A stretch of DNA of 57,738 bases, counting the filler, from Dugesia japonica (lineage: Eukaryota): the NCBI GenBank assembly GCA_001938525.1. It is 5 parts of 5 records of this genome, joined end to end, with 100 filler letters (N's around TTAATTAATTAA, not from the genome) between each part and the next. Parts side by side here need not be neighbours in the genome. Positions count along the whole stretch, not along the records: positions 1 to 13,554 come from MQRL01628753.1; 4 more parts are not named here. The stretch is one strand, 5' to 3'. Within the stretch, counting starts at the first letter, position 1; every line of letters begins with the position of its first letter. Of this stretch, positions 1-13,653 are shown piece by piece. The position numbers were made by a program, and so were the translations under genes. The notes beneath the pieces are model-generated. The model was not told where the DNA came from and searched no databases. It saw nothing but the letters and a program-made list of their open reading frames with translations.

Positions 1-1454
1 ATGCAGTAAATCAATTAAAGCCTAAAATCCCAACACTACAAATAATGATTGAACCAGATGATATAGATATAAAACTTCAAACAATAAAAACATACGCATG
101 TTTAAAAAAAAAAGAAACTATATAAAATGATTATAGATAAATGGCCAATACAATTTAAAAGGGATGACAAGATAAAAATACTTTTCTATAATCAAGAGCT
201 AATAAAAAATAAAACATCATGGAATACGGAATTATTCCAGAAAACAAAAATTATATCAAGGTTGTTATAATTAGAAAGGAATATTTAGCCAATAAAAAGA
301 TAAATTTGACAAGAGAAACATTGAACAAATGTGCTGAAGAAACGTTAAAGAGACCAATTAAAAAATTAATAAATGAAAAGGATTCTTCAAATAAACGAGA
401 CAAACTACATAGAAGTTGTTAAATATTCAACGAATAGATAGAAAAATGTGATGAAAGAAATAGTAAACCATGACTCTAAAGAGATGACAAATAAATCAAC
501 CCAAAAATTATTTGATAAAAATAATTTTTTAAAAGAAAAGGTGATAATTCAAATAGAAATTTTCAAAACCACTTAGTCAATTAGAAAAGATAACCGAAAA
601 AATAGAATTTCCAAACTATGGAAAACAATTAATAGAAAAACAAAAAGCAAATAACCAAATGAATAGTTGAGCTCTCCAATTGAAATGTATAACAAGAGAA
701 TATGGAAATAATAAAAAGAACCCGATAAAAGAAGCCACAAAAACATACTACGTGGAACCAGAACAGTTAATAGAAACACTAAAAGCAAACAATCAAGTAT
801 TAATTGATAATCAAACCATTCAAGTAAAAAAACAAAAAGTGAATAACCAAATAGTAATGAATAATCTAGTTTTTCTATTGAAATGCATGGCAACAGAAAT
901 GAAACTAAAAAGAAAAGAGATATATTAAAAAATACTACGAAAATAAACATTGATGAAACCAAAGTAGTAAAAACATTATCAAAAATGACATTCCTAATAA
1001 TCAAACAATTATATCTGATATACACCCAATAAAGCAAATTAGATACGCGAGTTTTAAAAAAGAAAATGTATCCTGTATATCTCTGAAACAAATCATAAAT
1101 ATAAAAGACACACCTAAACAATTTGGCCAAATTACAAATCTAAAAGATCCACCCATAAAAAACGATAAAATAACTAAAAGTGATAAAATGATTATATGCA
1201 AACAAAGAGACGAAATACATAACTCAATCAATAAAAATAATATAAGAATAAAAATAAACCCGATATGGATTACTATTAATACATTACTATACTTAATTAA
1301 AGATGCCGATTACAATTTTAATCAGGAAGAGAAAATATTATACCCTAGAGAGATAAAAAAATCAAATTGGATTAATTACACCTGTACAAAATTAGAAATA
1401 TGCGTTCTAGCTTTCATATTGAACTTAACAATGACACAAATGTACAAAAGTTAA
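1..1454 (+). pseudogene. Possible decayed 3' part of a non-LTR (LINE-like) ORF2
   Basis: A-rich sense strand with a chain of broken Lys/Ile-rich frames ending before a (TA)n tract near 1585-1600; no diagnostic motif recognised. Confidence 0.25.
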
Positions 1455-2422
1455 AGTTGGAAAAAACAACTTTATAAATATCCCGATCTTACAGATTACC
1501 AGACTTATTTTAACAAATTTTTTGTTGAACACTTAGTACAAAGTTTATTTCTATATTTCAAAATTTATATTCTCATTTATACCTATATATATATATATAA
1601 CGAACCACTCTTACAAGGTGTGGCAGTATTTTCGACATTACTGTCGATTCAATTAATTAATTTTCAGCTTCCAGGATCAAATCAGTTCAACAGTCAGACA
1701 AAATCAATACCAAGCATATCAAATACTTCAGAAAAGTCTATACAGAAATCATTATATTACACATATATAATACCGAATATATAGCAATCAAGTATACAAA
1801 TTAATACAAGACATAGTATAACCCCAATATAAAATTCAAGAATTATTACAAGCATTCAAACATATCAGCAGATGTTCAAATCACATATGAAACAGTCAAA
1901 AAGTGGATAAAAATGAAAATAACATTTTATAGGAATAAGATGCGGGTGCATCTTCCTGGAAGAGGAAACATTTGTTTATGGAAAGCCCGTAAATACTCAC
2001 ACAAAGACATATACATACTAAACACATGCAAAACACAAACAGACATAACATCAAATTCAATCAATGCAGCACTCAATTCAATACCCAATGATCTACTCAA
2101 TCAGAAGAACAGTAATCCTTTTAATCTTGTAAAATGTTGTTACTAAAATTCATCTCCTCATATAATGTGTTTAAACAATTTATTTCACGACTGTGAGATA
2201 TGACTAATAATATAATATTTCATATTATTATTTCATAATATTTCGACATATGTTTGTGATAATAGGTGAATGCGTGATTGACTGTTTGAATGTGTGTATA
2301 ATTTTAGTGCTCAGACATTATTGCATACCTGATTCCTCAAAAGCTATATATATGTATTTGTTACAGTGTCATTTGGTTTTTAGAATATATATTTTATGCT
2401 TAACTCTATTTCCAAATCTAAC

Positions 2423-3240
2423 ATGGCAACCACTCCAATCCTGTACTCGTAGATTCCAACACCCAAGATTTTCGAAATAGGAGGAAATATTGAAGAATTT
2501 ATTGAAGAAGCAAACAGATTTTTTGTAAATTCTATGACTTCGAATCAGTTAAAGAAAATAATTATAAAAGCTTTTATGACAACAAACGCAGGCAAATTAT
2601 ATGAAGCAGTCGATTCAAAGATTGAAGATTTCGAAACAAGATGTAGAAAAGCATTTTCAGAGCCTGCAGACATTGGTAAAGATCTAATTAATGCCTTGAA
2701 ATATTGTAGAATAAATAAATCCTCAATTTGATTTTTTTCAAAAGTTGAAAACTTAGCAGATAATATTCTGCGTCACCAGTTAACAAAATTCAACGGACGT
2801 TAAAGAAGTTGAAAAGGAAATTAAAATGCAAGATATAGAAGATGTTGAAAAAATGAAAGAAGTTATAATTAAAATTGATGGATTGAAAAAGGAAATGGAA
2901 CCAGAATATGGAATATCAGTGTTGAAGAAAAAAGTTACATATGCAACAGTAGCGCGTGAAATTCTAAATTCAAATAAAAGATTTAATAAACCAAGATTCA
3001 ATGGAAATTTAAATCAAAGTAAAAATTATGAGCAGAAATACGATTCCAAGATTTATCTAAGAAATACCGGAAATTTTACGAAAGGAAATTATGAACCCAA
3101 TGTTCAGACTTTCAGAGTGAGAAAATGTTGGGCATGCAGAGAAGAAGGTCGCATACGTTCACAATGTTCTAATGTTAAATATTAGTATTGTAAGAATCCA
3201 GGACATCTACGATTTTAATGCCATGAAATTAATCCTTTGA
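2423..3240 (+). pseudogene. gag: gag with two degenerate CCHC zinc knuckles
   Basis: ATG 2423 MATTPILYS*IPTPKIFEIGGNIEEFIEEANRFF; CWACREEGRIRSQC followed by YCKNPGHLRF*C. Confidence 0.8.
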
Positions 3241-3689
3241 GAGCCAAAAGAAGAAAAATGTACAACAAGCCACTAAGATTTTAAATGAATGTCTATGATG
3301 ATGATGATGGTGATGATTATGTCCGTCTCAGTGATAGAGTAGATCAAGGAGATTATTCGGGAAATGCCAAAGCTCTGATAAGGGAGGATGCAATTGGAGC
3401 TATAAATCTAGGTTAGATAATAATGTTTTGAGCACTAATGTATGTGATATGAATGCTTGTGAATGTTTGTTTGATGTAAATAATACAAATTATAAAAAAT
3501 TGAATGATTTAGTTTGCTTGAATGAATGTAAATATTTGTCGATTGATGATTTATTTAACAATACTATAGAATATATAAATGAATATTTTATAGATAATTT
3601 TTTAATTCCTAATGGAGTTTCAGTTTTAAATAAGGATTTACATAATACAAATTTAATAAATAATTATGAAGATAAAATTGTGTATAATA

Positions 3690-4900
3690 AAATGTCAGGA
3701 AGACCCTGTTTAAAGTTAAAGTTAAATAATGAATTAAATGTTGATTGTTTACTTGATAATAGAGCTAAAATTAATGTGATTGACCATGCAATATTCTTAA
3801 AATTAAATATTACTAAAATTAAAAGTGAATATATTAACGTTACGTGTGCTAATGAAAGTCAACTAAAAATAATAGGAAGTATTATGTTAAAAATTACACT
3901 TAATAATCAAACAGAATAAATTAAGTTTTATGTTGCAGAAAATATTTCTTCCAGTGTTATTGCAAGAATTGATTTTTTGTATATTTAATATAAAATTAAA
4001 TAAATTATATAAATAAAAAAATATTGGAAATAAAAACTATGAACTTTAAAAATGAAGTGAATACAAATATTAGTGATATAATTGAACGATTTTCAGCAAT
4101 TTTTTTTAAAGATTAATGGGATGTAGGTAAGACAACACTATTATACCATGAAATTGTTACCCACGGTGGTCCAGTTGTAGTAAATCTCAGGCGACAACCT
4201 ATTCATTTAAAAGATAAAATTAATAAAGCTATTTTAGAAATGGAAGAAAGGAGTATAATTAAAAATGTGGAATAATCCATTAGTTTGTGTTTGAAAGAAA
4301 GAAAAAAGACATTAGGATTTGCTTGGATTTTAGACTAATGAATAGTATAACGGAGAGACCATTGTTCCCAATACCAAACATAAGAGAAATGCTTGACATT
4401 TTGAATGGATCAAAATTTTTTACAACGATAAATTTGGGTAATTCATATTACCATGTAGAATTAGAGAAAAGCTCAAAATACAAAATGGCATTTTCCTCAA
4501 AGTTTGGTCAATTTTGCTTCAATCGAATGCTATTTAGAATAGCTGCAGCACCAGCAATATTTCAAACATTAATGATAAAAGTGTTAGGACCATTAAAATG
4601 GAAGGAAGCAATTGTTTATCTTGATGATATACTGATATTTTCTAAAACTGATAACGAGAATAAAGAAGATTAGAAATTTGTTTTAATCAAATCAGAAATT
4701 CAGGTTTGAAATTAAGTTCTGATAAATGTGTATATATGAAAAGTGAGATTAAGTTTCCTGGCCATATCATTTCAAAAAATGGTTTAAAAACCGTTCCAGA
4801 AAAGATAAGAGCAATTAAAGAATTTAAACAACCTAAATGTTTGAAAAAACTATGTGGATTTTTAGGGCTTACAAATAGTTATATATCATTTATAAAATGA
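3690..4900 (+). pseudogene. pol: Retropepsin protease and reverse transcriptase
   Basis: CLLDNRAKINVID (decayed LDxGA); IRICLDFRLMN, FPIPNI, AAAPAIFQ, VYLDDILIFS, GFLGLTNSY. Confidence 0.92.
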
Positions 4901-5876
4901 TATTAAGATTTAAATTTGTTAATATTAAATGACATGATTTGTTTAAATAATTTATTATTAATAAATAATTATGGAAAGTTCAAGTCTTTTAACTGATGAC
5001 CACGCCAAAATAGGTGTACCGACGAAAAAAGAAAGAGATGATCGCCAAAGAATTTTTGCAAAGCTGCCATTTTCATTACAAAAATTACTTATCTCCAAAC
5101 CAAGTTTTTTCGAGGGATCATCTAAAGCGGCTAATGAATAGATTCAAACGACCAAAGAATTTGCTGCGTTTAATCAAATGGAGCTATCATTCGCGTTTGA
5201 TATATTAATGAGACGAGATGTAAAAGAATTATGGGTGAAAAAATGTAAAGATGTAATTTTGACGAACGAGGTCTGCGAAAAATGGTTTCGTGAATCAGTT
5301 GTGATTTCAGAGACACTAGTGAATAAAATAACACTTGGAGATTAGGTTTTAAAAAATCTTTTATTTTTAAAAAAAATTCAAAATCACAAATTAATTAAGA
5401 AATTAAAATAAATTAAAATTTTTGGAAATGTCAAATTCATTTTGAAAGTTCAGAAAATTTTAAAATGATAATTTAATAGCAAGTGATTTTATTTTGAGAA
5501 TTTTATGAAAGTTTTGTGAAAATTTTAAAAGATATATTATTACAAATGATCATTTTTTGATCAGTTTTTTTTGGTTTTAAAATTTTGTAAAAATTTTTAA
5601 ATTATATGGTAATACGAATGATCATTTATTTTTGTTTTAAAAGTTTATGAAAATTTTAAAATGATGTGTTATAAAAAATAATTATTTTCTGTAAAATTAT
5701 CAAATTTTTTTAAATCTAAATTTTTACATTTTTGAAAAATAATTTCCGATTAGAGCATGGAGTTTTAATTTGTTTGTTTAAACGAATAATGATGGATATA
5801 GTTTGTATTTGAAATAAATTTTATGGAATGGAATTTTGAAATTAATGATTCGAGGAGTTTTCCAAACTCTCCTAAC

Positions 5877-6130
5877 ATGGTGGCAGCGGTAAACACCGAT
5901 GCAATCACAGAAAGATTGTTGCCAAAAATATTTTGCAGAAGCGATGATCTAGAAAAGTTTATTAAATGGTGTGAAATATACTTTAATGCAAAGAACATCG
6001 TTAAAAAAGATCAGGAACATTGGGTAACATGTATGCTTCATGAAGATTTATTGGAAGCATATGTAAAGACATTGAAGAAAGCTGATGGATATTGAGAGAA
6101 ATTGCGATTAGCTTTTGAGACAGAATAAAA
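5877..6130 (+). pseudogene. gag: N-terminus of a second gag, between RT and RNase H
   Basis: LPKIFCRSDDLEKFIKWCEIYFNAK resembles PKIFEIGGNIEEFIEEANRFF of the gag at 2423. Confidence 0.6.
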
Positions 6131-6143
6131 AATGACGACATGA

Positions 6144-7080
6144 CAAGAAAAGAACATTGAATGGACAAAAGAATGTGAGGATAGTTTTCAATCTTTGAAG
6201 ATAAAATTGTGTAGAGCTCCGATTTTGACTTTCCCAAATAATAGGGGCAAAATGATATTAGATACTGGTGTTAGTTTTGATGCAATTGAAGGGGTTTTGA
6301 GACAAATAACGGATAATGAATTGGAACAGGTTATAGGATATGATTCTCGAACTTTAAACAATCACGATAAAGGATATTGCGTTACTCGCAAGGATTTGTT
6401 AGCTCTGCATGAAATTATAATGTATTTTAAACACTTTTTCTATGGTAAGAAATTTAAAGCAAGAACAGATCATAAAGCATTGACTTGTATGAGGAAGACT
6501 AGTAAACCCATTAGTTCTCAGTTTCAAACATGGATAAAAAATCTAGCAGAATTTAATTTTGAACTAGAATTCCGAAAAGGAGCAGCTCTTGAAAATGCTG
6601 ATAGACTTTCAAAGATAGGGGAGAATTTTTGCTCGCAATGTCAGACTATACATCAAAATGACAAAGGGAACGATCTCGAGTTAAAATAATCAACTTTTTA
6701 GACAAAACAAACTTTGATAGAAGCCATATTAAAGAAGTACAAAGAAATTATCCAATAACGAGAGAAATCATTGAATATATTGAAAGTAGAATGATAAATA
6801 ACAAGCTCAGCACAATGCTGACCAAAAGTAAATATTTTTCCAAACTGGAAAAGTTTGAGTTGGATAATGAGATACTGATTATCAATGAAAGAGACAAAAA
6901 AGAATTGTACTGGCAGGAAAATCGTTACCTGATCTTATAGATTTTTTACATGATGATTTATGTCATGTGGGAGGCCAAAAACTGACGGAGTATTTAAGTG
7001 TAAGTTATTTTTGGCCAAATATGCAAAGAAATGTAGAACATCAACTAAAAAAATACGTATGATATGTTGAAAACCACAAC
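6144..7080 (+). pseudogene. pol: RT connection/RNase H and integrase zinc-binding region (integrase core deleted)
   Basis: IEWTKECEDSFQSLKIKLCRAPILTFP, ILDTG, RTDHKAL, NADRLS; LHDDLCHVGGQKL...YFWPNM. Confidence 0.88.
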
Positions 7081-8027
7081 CCAGAGAACGACGAATGTAG
7101 CTCCAGCTGAAATAGTTTTTGGGAAAGATTTACACAAAGAATGAATTGTTAGGAATGATAAAAACAATGTAAAAGGAAGAAATCTAAAGCGTAAAGGAAT
7201 AATAAACAATTTAAATAACTATGAAAATTCCAAAAATTTAAAAAGAATAATTCAGTTAGAAAATTTAATATTGGTCACTGTGGTGAACCTTAGACCAGCA
7301 TTTGGCATACAAACTCAGGGGGAACCCCAACAATATTTCTACTTTTATTAAATTTATATCACTTATAAAAAATAATATATTCTATTTTTCTGATTGTATT
7401 TTCGCCTGATTTATCATTTCCATTTGTTATTTTTCTCTTCTTTTACCGGCATTATTTACTTGATTTATGTAATATTAATTATTTAATTTTCTTTTTATTC
7501 CTTGAACATTACGATAAGAAATATTATTTTCTTAATTATTAAACTTTCTCTTTATTTCATAAGCCTCTTTTATTTTTTATATTTCCGATATCTTGATTTG
7601 ATCTCTTTTCTTTAATTCGTTGCTATAATTTCTTTACAGTTTATTTAATTAATTATTTTATCCTAATAATTGCTTTTATCCTAATAATTGGATGAGTTTG
7701 ACAATTTTCAAAATTAATAATAGTATTGATTTTCCGAAAAATAAATAGTACTTAATATTATTTAAATAATAATAATAGTCATATACTGTTTAAAGTTTAA
7801 TAAGTGAAAAATACTAACCTTATAATAATTTCTTGTATTTTGATTGGCTGCCTATAATATAAGTAAATTAGATTTATATGTATAAAATCTTACTTAAAGT
7901 TTAATAAATGATTATTTTATAGAAAAAGGTAAGAAAAAACAATACACACCAAGCATACACATAAATACACACATTTTTACTATATATAAGATTAAAAACT
8001 TATTAAACTTTTTACAGTATATTAGTA

Positions 8028-10608
8028 ATGTCTGGTAGAAAACTGAGCGGAGCGCAAAGCCGTAAGAGGAAGAAAAATGCTGAGCAAGCAGAATAAAAAT
8101 CCAGTGATATATTCAAAGTCTTTTTTAAAAAAGCTAAGTCAGACAAATCTTAGTCAGATAACGATGTCCCTGCTACTAACAAGACTGTTGAACAGCCTCA
8201 ATAGGATAGTTCTTTGCACAAGGAATCTAACACAAATCAGTTGGTTGCTATTGATATAGATGACAAATTGAACATGAGAGTCAGAGTCAAGAAAACGATG
8301 ATTCTTTCGAGATGCATCACACATCTGATGACGAAAACTCAGTAGCTACCGAAGCAAATGACAGAGCTATCAAACTAATTGACTATATAGATGAAAGTCA
8401 GGATATCAAAGATTCATCCCATGATAATAACTTAGATGTTAATCAAGACGTTATTCCAGCTGTATTGTTGCTCCATGATGCTGCATACCTAGAACTTGAT
8501 AGTGAGATGCAACTTTCGGTCGTATCGCAATCTCTTCGCACTGAAATTATATCTCGTGGATCAATTCTGTTTCAAAATAAAGACTTTCAATTTGCAGTAC
8601 CGGGTAGACGTTCAGTAACTAAAACATGGTTTATGTAACTACTTGCAAACGGAGAAGAAGTGAATCGATCGTGATTACTTTATTCGACATCCAATAAAGC
8701 TGCTTATTCTTTGTGCTGTTTGTTGCTCACTTCATCTAGACCAAATTCTCGGTCTTCATTTGAATTGGCATCTGAATTTAGCAAGTAAAAAAAACCCAAA
8801 AAGTTGATAGAACACGAGAACAGCCGTAGTCATCGCAAATCTTTTACTACATGGAAAGAAACTAAGCAAAGGATAATTTCTGGGAAAACTATAAATGCGG
8901 CTATTCATGCCCAAATTCAAACAGAGAAACAACGATGGCGAGATGTTTTGAAAAATATACTTGCGTGCATTAAATTCCTCGCTTCTCAAAACTTAGCATT
9001 GCGTGGAAAGAACGAAAGTTTAATGGCTGAAGCTGGAACGAATGTCGGAAACTTCCTCTCTCTTCTCAAGCTCATTGCAGAATATGACCCACTTTTGGAA
9101 AGTCATCTAAAACTTGCCAGAGAAAGTCCAGGATCAGTGTCGTACTTATCGCCAGAAATTCAAAACAAATTCATCAGCTTCTTGGCATCTAATGTTAGAA
9201 ATAAGATACTGAAAGACATAAAACGAAATAAATATTATGCAATATTGCTAGATTCATATCCTGATCTCAGACACCGGGAAAAATGGTCTGATGTCATCCG
9301 ATTTGTAGATATTGATTTTGAAAAGAAAATCATTAATATAAAAGAATCATTTCTTGGATTCATCGAGATGCATGCTAAAGATGCAGCCACCTTTAAAACA
9401 GTCATCATTGAGAAATTACGATCTGAAAACATACCGTTAGATGATTGTAGGTCATAATGTTATGACAATGCCGCCGTGATGACTGGACACATATCTGGTC
9501 TTCATCAGAGGACTTGTGCTAGAAACCACCGAGCCCTGTTTGTTAATTGTGACAATCACAGTTTGAATTTGGCTGGAGTTCACTCAGCCAAACAGGATCC
9601 ACTGATTGTAACGTTCTATGGCACAATCTGTTTTTCTCGTTCAATTCTTCAATGAAAACAATTAAAAAATGCTGTACCTATCGCGATTAAACATGAATCT
9701 GAAACACGCTGGAGTGCTAGAGTGGAAACTGTTAATGCCATTTATGAAGGGCTTGATAACTTGGTTGGTTTACTAAAAAACTATCAGATGATGTAAATGC
9801 GACACACAAAACAAGAATCGATGCAGAAAAATTGCTGGAAAATGTTCTAAATTTTAATTTCTTCGCTCTATTGTACTTCTAGCACACCGTTATAGGTAAA
9901 ATAGACCGTGTTCAGAAGCGACTTTTGAATCCAACTATGAATTTCAAAGATGCTGTAGCTGATCTGGAATCATTGGAAATAAATCTTGCAGAAATCCGTC
10001 AAGACTGTTGGGTCAATTCTGTAGAAACAGCTAGAACCAGATGCATGACATGAGGAGTGTACATTAAAAGGCAGGCAAGACGAAGACGTCGGATGCCTGG
10101 AGAATTAGCACAGGATGCTGGTCTTTAGGCAGAGGAGGAACTAATCCGTGTTATGAAGGTCGTTCTAGACAGACTTCAACAAGAAATGTTGACACGATTT
10201 TCGCGGCTTAAGGATCTAAACTTGAAGTTAGGATTTTTACTAGATGTAAAAACTTTATTTAATAACGAATGTGACTGCCAAATGTTACTTCGAATAAGAG
10301 ATTATACTTTACCAGCAACTCCACTGGATCTTTTGTCTTTTATCATTTCTTATATTGAGGACGTTTTTCCAAATCTGCGAATTGCACTGTAAATTCTTCT
10401 AACAATTTCAGTATCAATCGCTAGCTGTGAGCTTTCTTTTAGCAAACTGAAGTTGATTTTGTCCTATTTGCGTGCATCGATGAGACAAAATCGTCTTAGT
10501 GACCTTGCACTTCTCAGTATTGAATGAAACGATTTGGAAAAGTATGATTTCGATGAAGTTATTGATAAATTTTCCACAGTTAAATCCAGAAAAATCAACC
10601 TGATATGA
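8028..10608 (+). pseudogene. hAT (Tip100/ZMYM1-like) transposase pseudogene
   Basis: MSGRKLSGAQSRKRKK start; NLALRG, YLSPEIQN, CYDNAAVMTG, CDNHSLNL, ETRWSAR; hATC domain FPNLRIAL..SIASCELSFSKLKLILSYLRASM..RLSDLALLSIE; multiple stops. Confidence 0.92.
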
Positions 10609-10784
10609 ACATTCTACAGGTACGGGCACAATGTATGTATAAATTTATTGGTAAAAATAAAATAAAATATAGTATTTCATTTGAATTATTTCTTGCTTGA
10701 CTAATGACATGTTTCGTCTGCATCAGTTTCTTCATTAGTCTTTATTTTTGTAGCCGTTACATTGGATGACTTTTAATTTTTCAG

Positions 10785-10847
10785 TGGGGGAGGGGCGCAA
10801 AATATGGATCTTGTCTCCGTGCGCCAAACACACTAGCTACGCCTCTG
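10785..10847 (-). repeat. Right terminus/TIR of the hAT element
   Basis: Ends ...ctagctacgcctctg (reverse complement CAGAGGCGTAGCTAG), a hAT-like end; matching left TIR not found. Confidence 0.65.
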
Positions 10848-11925
10848 CTCACCAGTCGTTACAATATGCTGATTCGGGTATAACTTCTTTAAGTAATCAA
10901 TTACAGTAAGCTCAAATCAATGATCAAATCTAATGTTTAAATCTAATCATTTAAAGAAAGTTTCTTGTATGCAATTAAGTTATATTAAAAATTTCAGAAT
11001 AATTTGCAAAAAGGAATACGCTTTTATCAAAACTAAACTAATTGATATAAGTAATACAATAATAATAATAAATCAGTAATAAATTTGATATAATAATTAA
11101 TTAAAATTATCAAATAAATTATGGATTGAAGTAGTATATTAATGAGAATTATAAATGAAATAATAAAACGATACATCAACAAATAGATTATAAATATTAT
11201 AATTGTTTCTTTATATACAATTATCGATTATTTTTCCTTTATTCTTATGATAATAATTTCCGCATTTGATTTATCAATGCACTATATTGCTTTATTTAAT
11301 TGTTAGTTTTTATTTCTTTAAACATTAGGCTAATTCAGCGCAACAATAATAATAAAAAATATAAAATAAAATAAAAAAATATCTGAAAAATCGACAGACC
11401 AAAGTGAAAAATGAAAACGAACAGCTATTTATACCATTCTAAAACCAACTGACCATTAATAGGGTTAATATGAGTTAACTCAAGGGTTTGTTCATTATCA
11501 ATATCCAGGAAAGAAAATGACAAAAATCTCCTTTCATTTGCATAGAGTAAACAATAAGAAAATTTCTGGAAAAGAAAATTAAATATTTTATACAATGGCA
11601 AAAAATTAATTAAATAAAAATATTAATTATATATAAAATAATATGTTATATAAATAACTATGAACATAATGATGTTCATAAATCAATTAAATAGGTATAA
11701 TATTAGATTATAGTATTGATAAGGGCTAAGCAATAAAAATGTAAATAAAACGATAACTTTTTGAAATAACAAAAATTAAAAGTAATAGTTAATTGTCCTC
11801 AAAATGATTATCAAACATATCAAACTATATTTTTATATTACTTTGACGTACATACTAATGCATATAACCATGTTAACAAAATGGAATTATATTAATATAA
11901 TTTTTATAAAAAAATGGGTTGATGC

Positions 11926-12131
11926 AATAATTTCCCCTGGAAATAATTTCCCCTTGGAAATAATTTCCCCCTGGAAATAATTTCCCCTTGGAAATAATTT
12001 CCCCTGGAAATAATTTCCCCTTGGAAATAATTTCCCCTGGAAATAATTTCCCCTGGAAATAATTTCCCCTTGGAAATAATTTCCCCTGGAAATAATTTCC
12101 CCTGGAAATAATTTCTCCATGGAAATAATTT
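11926..12131. repeat. Minisatellite, about 13 x 16-17 bp (GGAAATAATTTCCCC[T]T)
   Basis: Near-perfect tandem copies read directly. Confidence 0.97.
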
Positions 12132-13467
12132 TGATGGTTTGACACATGGTTTTCATGAACTTTAGGGAATTATGGGGATTTTGTGAATATTAATGGATAT
12201 ATATGTGATTTTCGACAATTTTTAGTAGTTTTATCGGGATTTTTATGATTTATTGGTATTTTTCGGTAATTTTAAGGAAATTGTGAGGTCTTTCGTAAAT
12301 TTTAGGAGTATTGTGGATCTTCATGAAATTTAGAGACTCACAAAGATTTCATGAATTTTATGAGATTTATTGAATTTTTTTCGGGACGCTTAAGGATTCG
12401 TGGTAATTTCATCGATTCTTTGAGATTTATTAGTAATTTTCGGTAATTTTTGTGAAATTTATAAGTGTTCATGAATTTTTATGGTTTTTGAAGGTTTCAT
12501 AAAATGTAAGGATTCATGGAGATTTCATGAAATTTATGGGATTTGTCGAAATGTGTTAGGAAATTTTAAAGGATTTATAATGTTTTCATTAATTATAAGG
12601 TGTTTATGAGGTTTCATAAAATGTAAAGATTCGTGGATATTTCATGAATTTTATTGTGATTTTTCGGGAATTTTAATGATTTATGGTGTTTATGTGAATT
12701 ATAAGGGGTTTACGGTGGCTTTCAAAACTTTTAATGGATTTAGAGCAGTTTTCATGATTTTAGGGATTTATGGTTGTTTTCATGAATTTTTAGGTGTTTG
12801 TGGGGTATTTATAGAGATAACGGTATTCTATTTGATGTTTTATTGTGTTTTACATGGTTTTATAGTACTTTACTTAATTTTCTATTATTGTCAATGGTTT
12901 CCTATAAATATCCTCTTTAAATGTTTCATAATAATTACAATAATATTACCCATATAAATTAAAATAATAATTAAAATAATAGATTTATTCATTAAAACTC
13001 GTATGAAAAAACTCAGATTTCAGCGCTCAAATCTCTGAATCCTTAAATTGCACGGAAACACCAGAAAACCATTAAATATTCATTAAATATTCGACAAAGT
13101 CCTAAAAACTAGTATAAAGTCACAATAAATCAATTTTGAACATATAAAATACCATTATAAAACCCTTATGAATCTCTTATAAAACCAAAACAAATCCCCT
13201 GAAATTCAAAAAATTCAAGAATTATCCATGAATCTTTACATTTTATAAAACCCTATAAGCCCCTAAAAATTTCATGAAATTTTTATGAATCCTTAAATTT
13301 CATGAAGACCCACAATACTCTTAAAAATCACAAAAGACCTCACAATTTTCTAAAAATAACTTAAAAATACCAATAAATCACATAAAACCACTAAAAATTC
13401 ACAAAATCCCTATGATTCCTTAAATTTCATAAAAACCATGTATCAAACCATTAAAATTATTTCCAGG
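12118..13467. mobile_element. Non-autonomous foldback-type element with long imperfect inverted arms
   Basis: tggaaataattttgatggtttgacacatggttttcatg at 12120 matches the reverse complement of 13425-13466; further matches 12245-12360 vs 13262-13385 and 12605-12650 vs 13210-13258. Confidence 0.8.
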
Positions 13468-13480
13468 AGGAAATTATGTC

Positions 13481-13554
13481 AGTAGATAGATAGTAGCACT
13501 AAAGAACAGCACACATTCAGCAACCCCCCGCCGACGTAATCGGATTATGAGATA
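13481..13554 (+). mobile_element. Polinton-type terminus (AGTAGATAGATAGTAG), cut by gap
   Basis: Same start and downstream aacccccccgcc...acgtaatcggattat block as the copy at 35919. Confidence 0.7.
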
Positions 13555-13653
13555 NNNNNNNNNNNNNNNNNNNNNNNNNNNNNNNNNNNNNNNNNNNNTT
13601 AATTAATTAANNNNNNNNNNNNNNNNNNNNNNNNNNNNNNNNNNNNNNNNNNN
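13555..13653. other. Artificial contig linker N-TTAATTAATTAA-N (also 28544-28643, 38296-38395, 48950-49049)
   Basis: Identical 12-mer with stops in all six frames centred in N runs, four times. Confidence 0.95.

Larger units (their letters stand above)
2423..7260 (+). mobile_element. Degenerate Ty3/Gypsy LTR retrotransposon (gag-PR-RT-RNaseH-IN), interrupted at about 4898-6140
   Basis: Domain order gag, zinc knuckles, protease, RT, RNase H, integrase is Gypsy-type; many stops and frameshifts. Confidence 0.9.

Noticed and set aside
573-1130. 185-aa hydrophobic minus-strand ORF
   Set aside because: Antisense shadow of an A-rich strand; no motif
7277-7335. Candidate left end of the hAT element (cagggggaacccc)
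   Set aside because: Does not match the right TIR, and no copy of the putative TSD ctcaccag was found
11873-12156. Repetitive ORFs (GEIISRGNYFQ)
   Set aside because: Translations of a 16-17 bp minisatellite
12676-12957. Hydrophobic 93-aa ORF
   Set aside because: Arises from the T/G-rich foldback arm
13599-13610. Recurring TTAATTAATTAA palindrome
   Set aside because: Always centred in N runs; an artificial six-frame-stop linker
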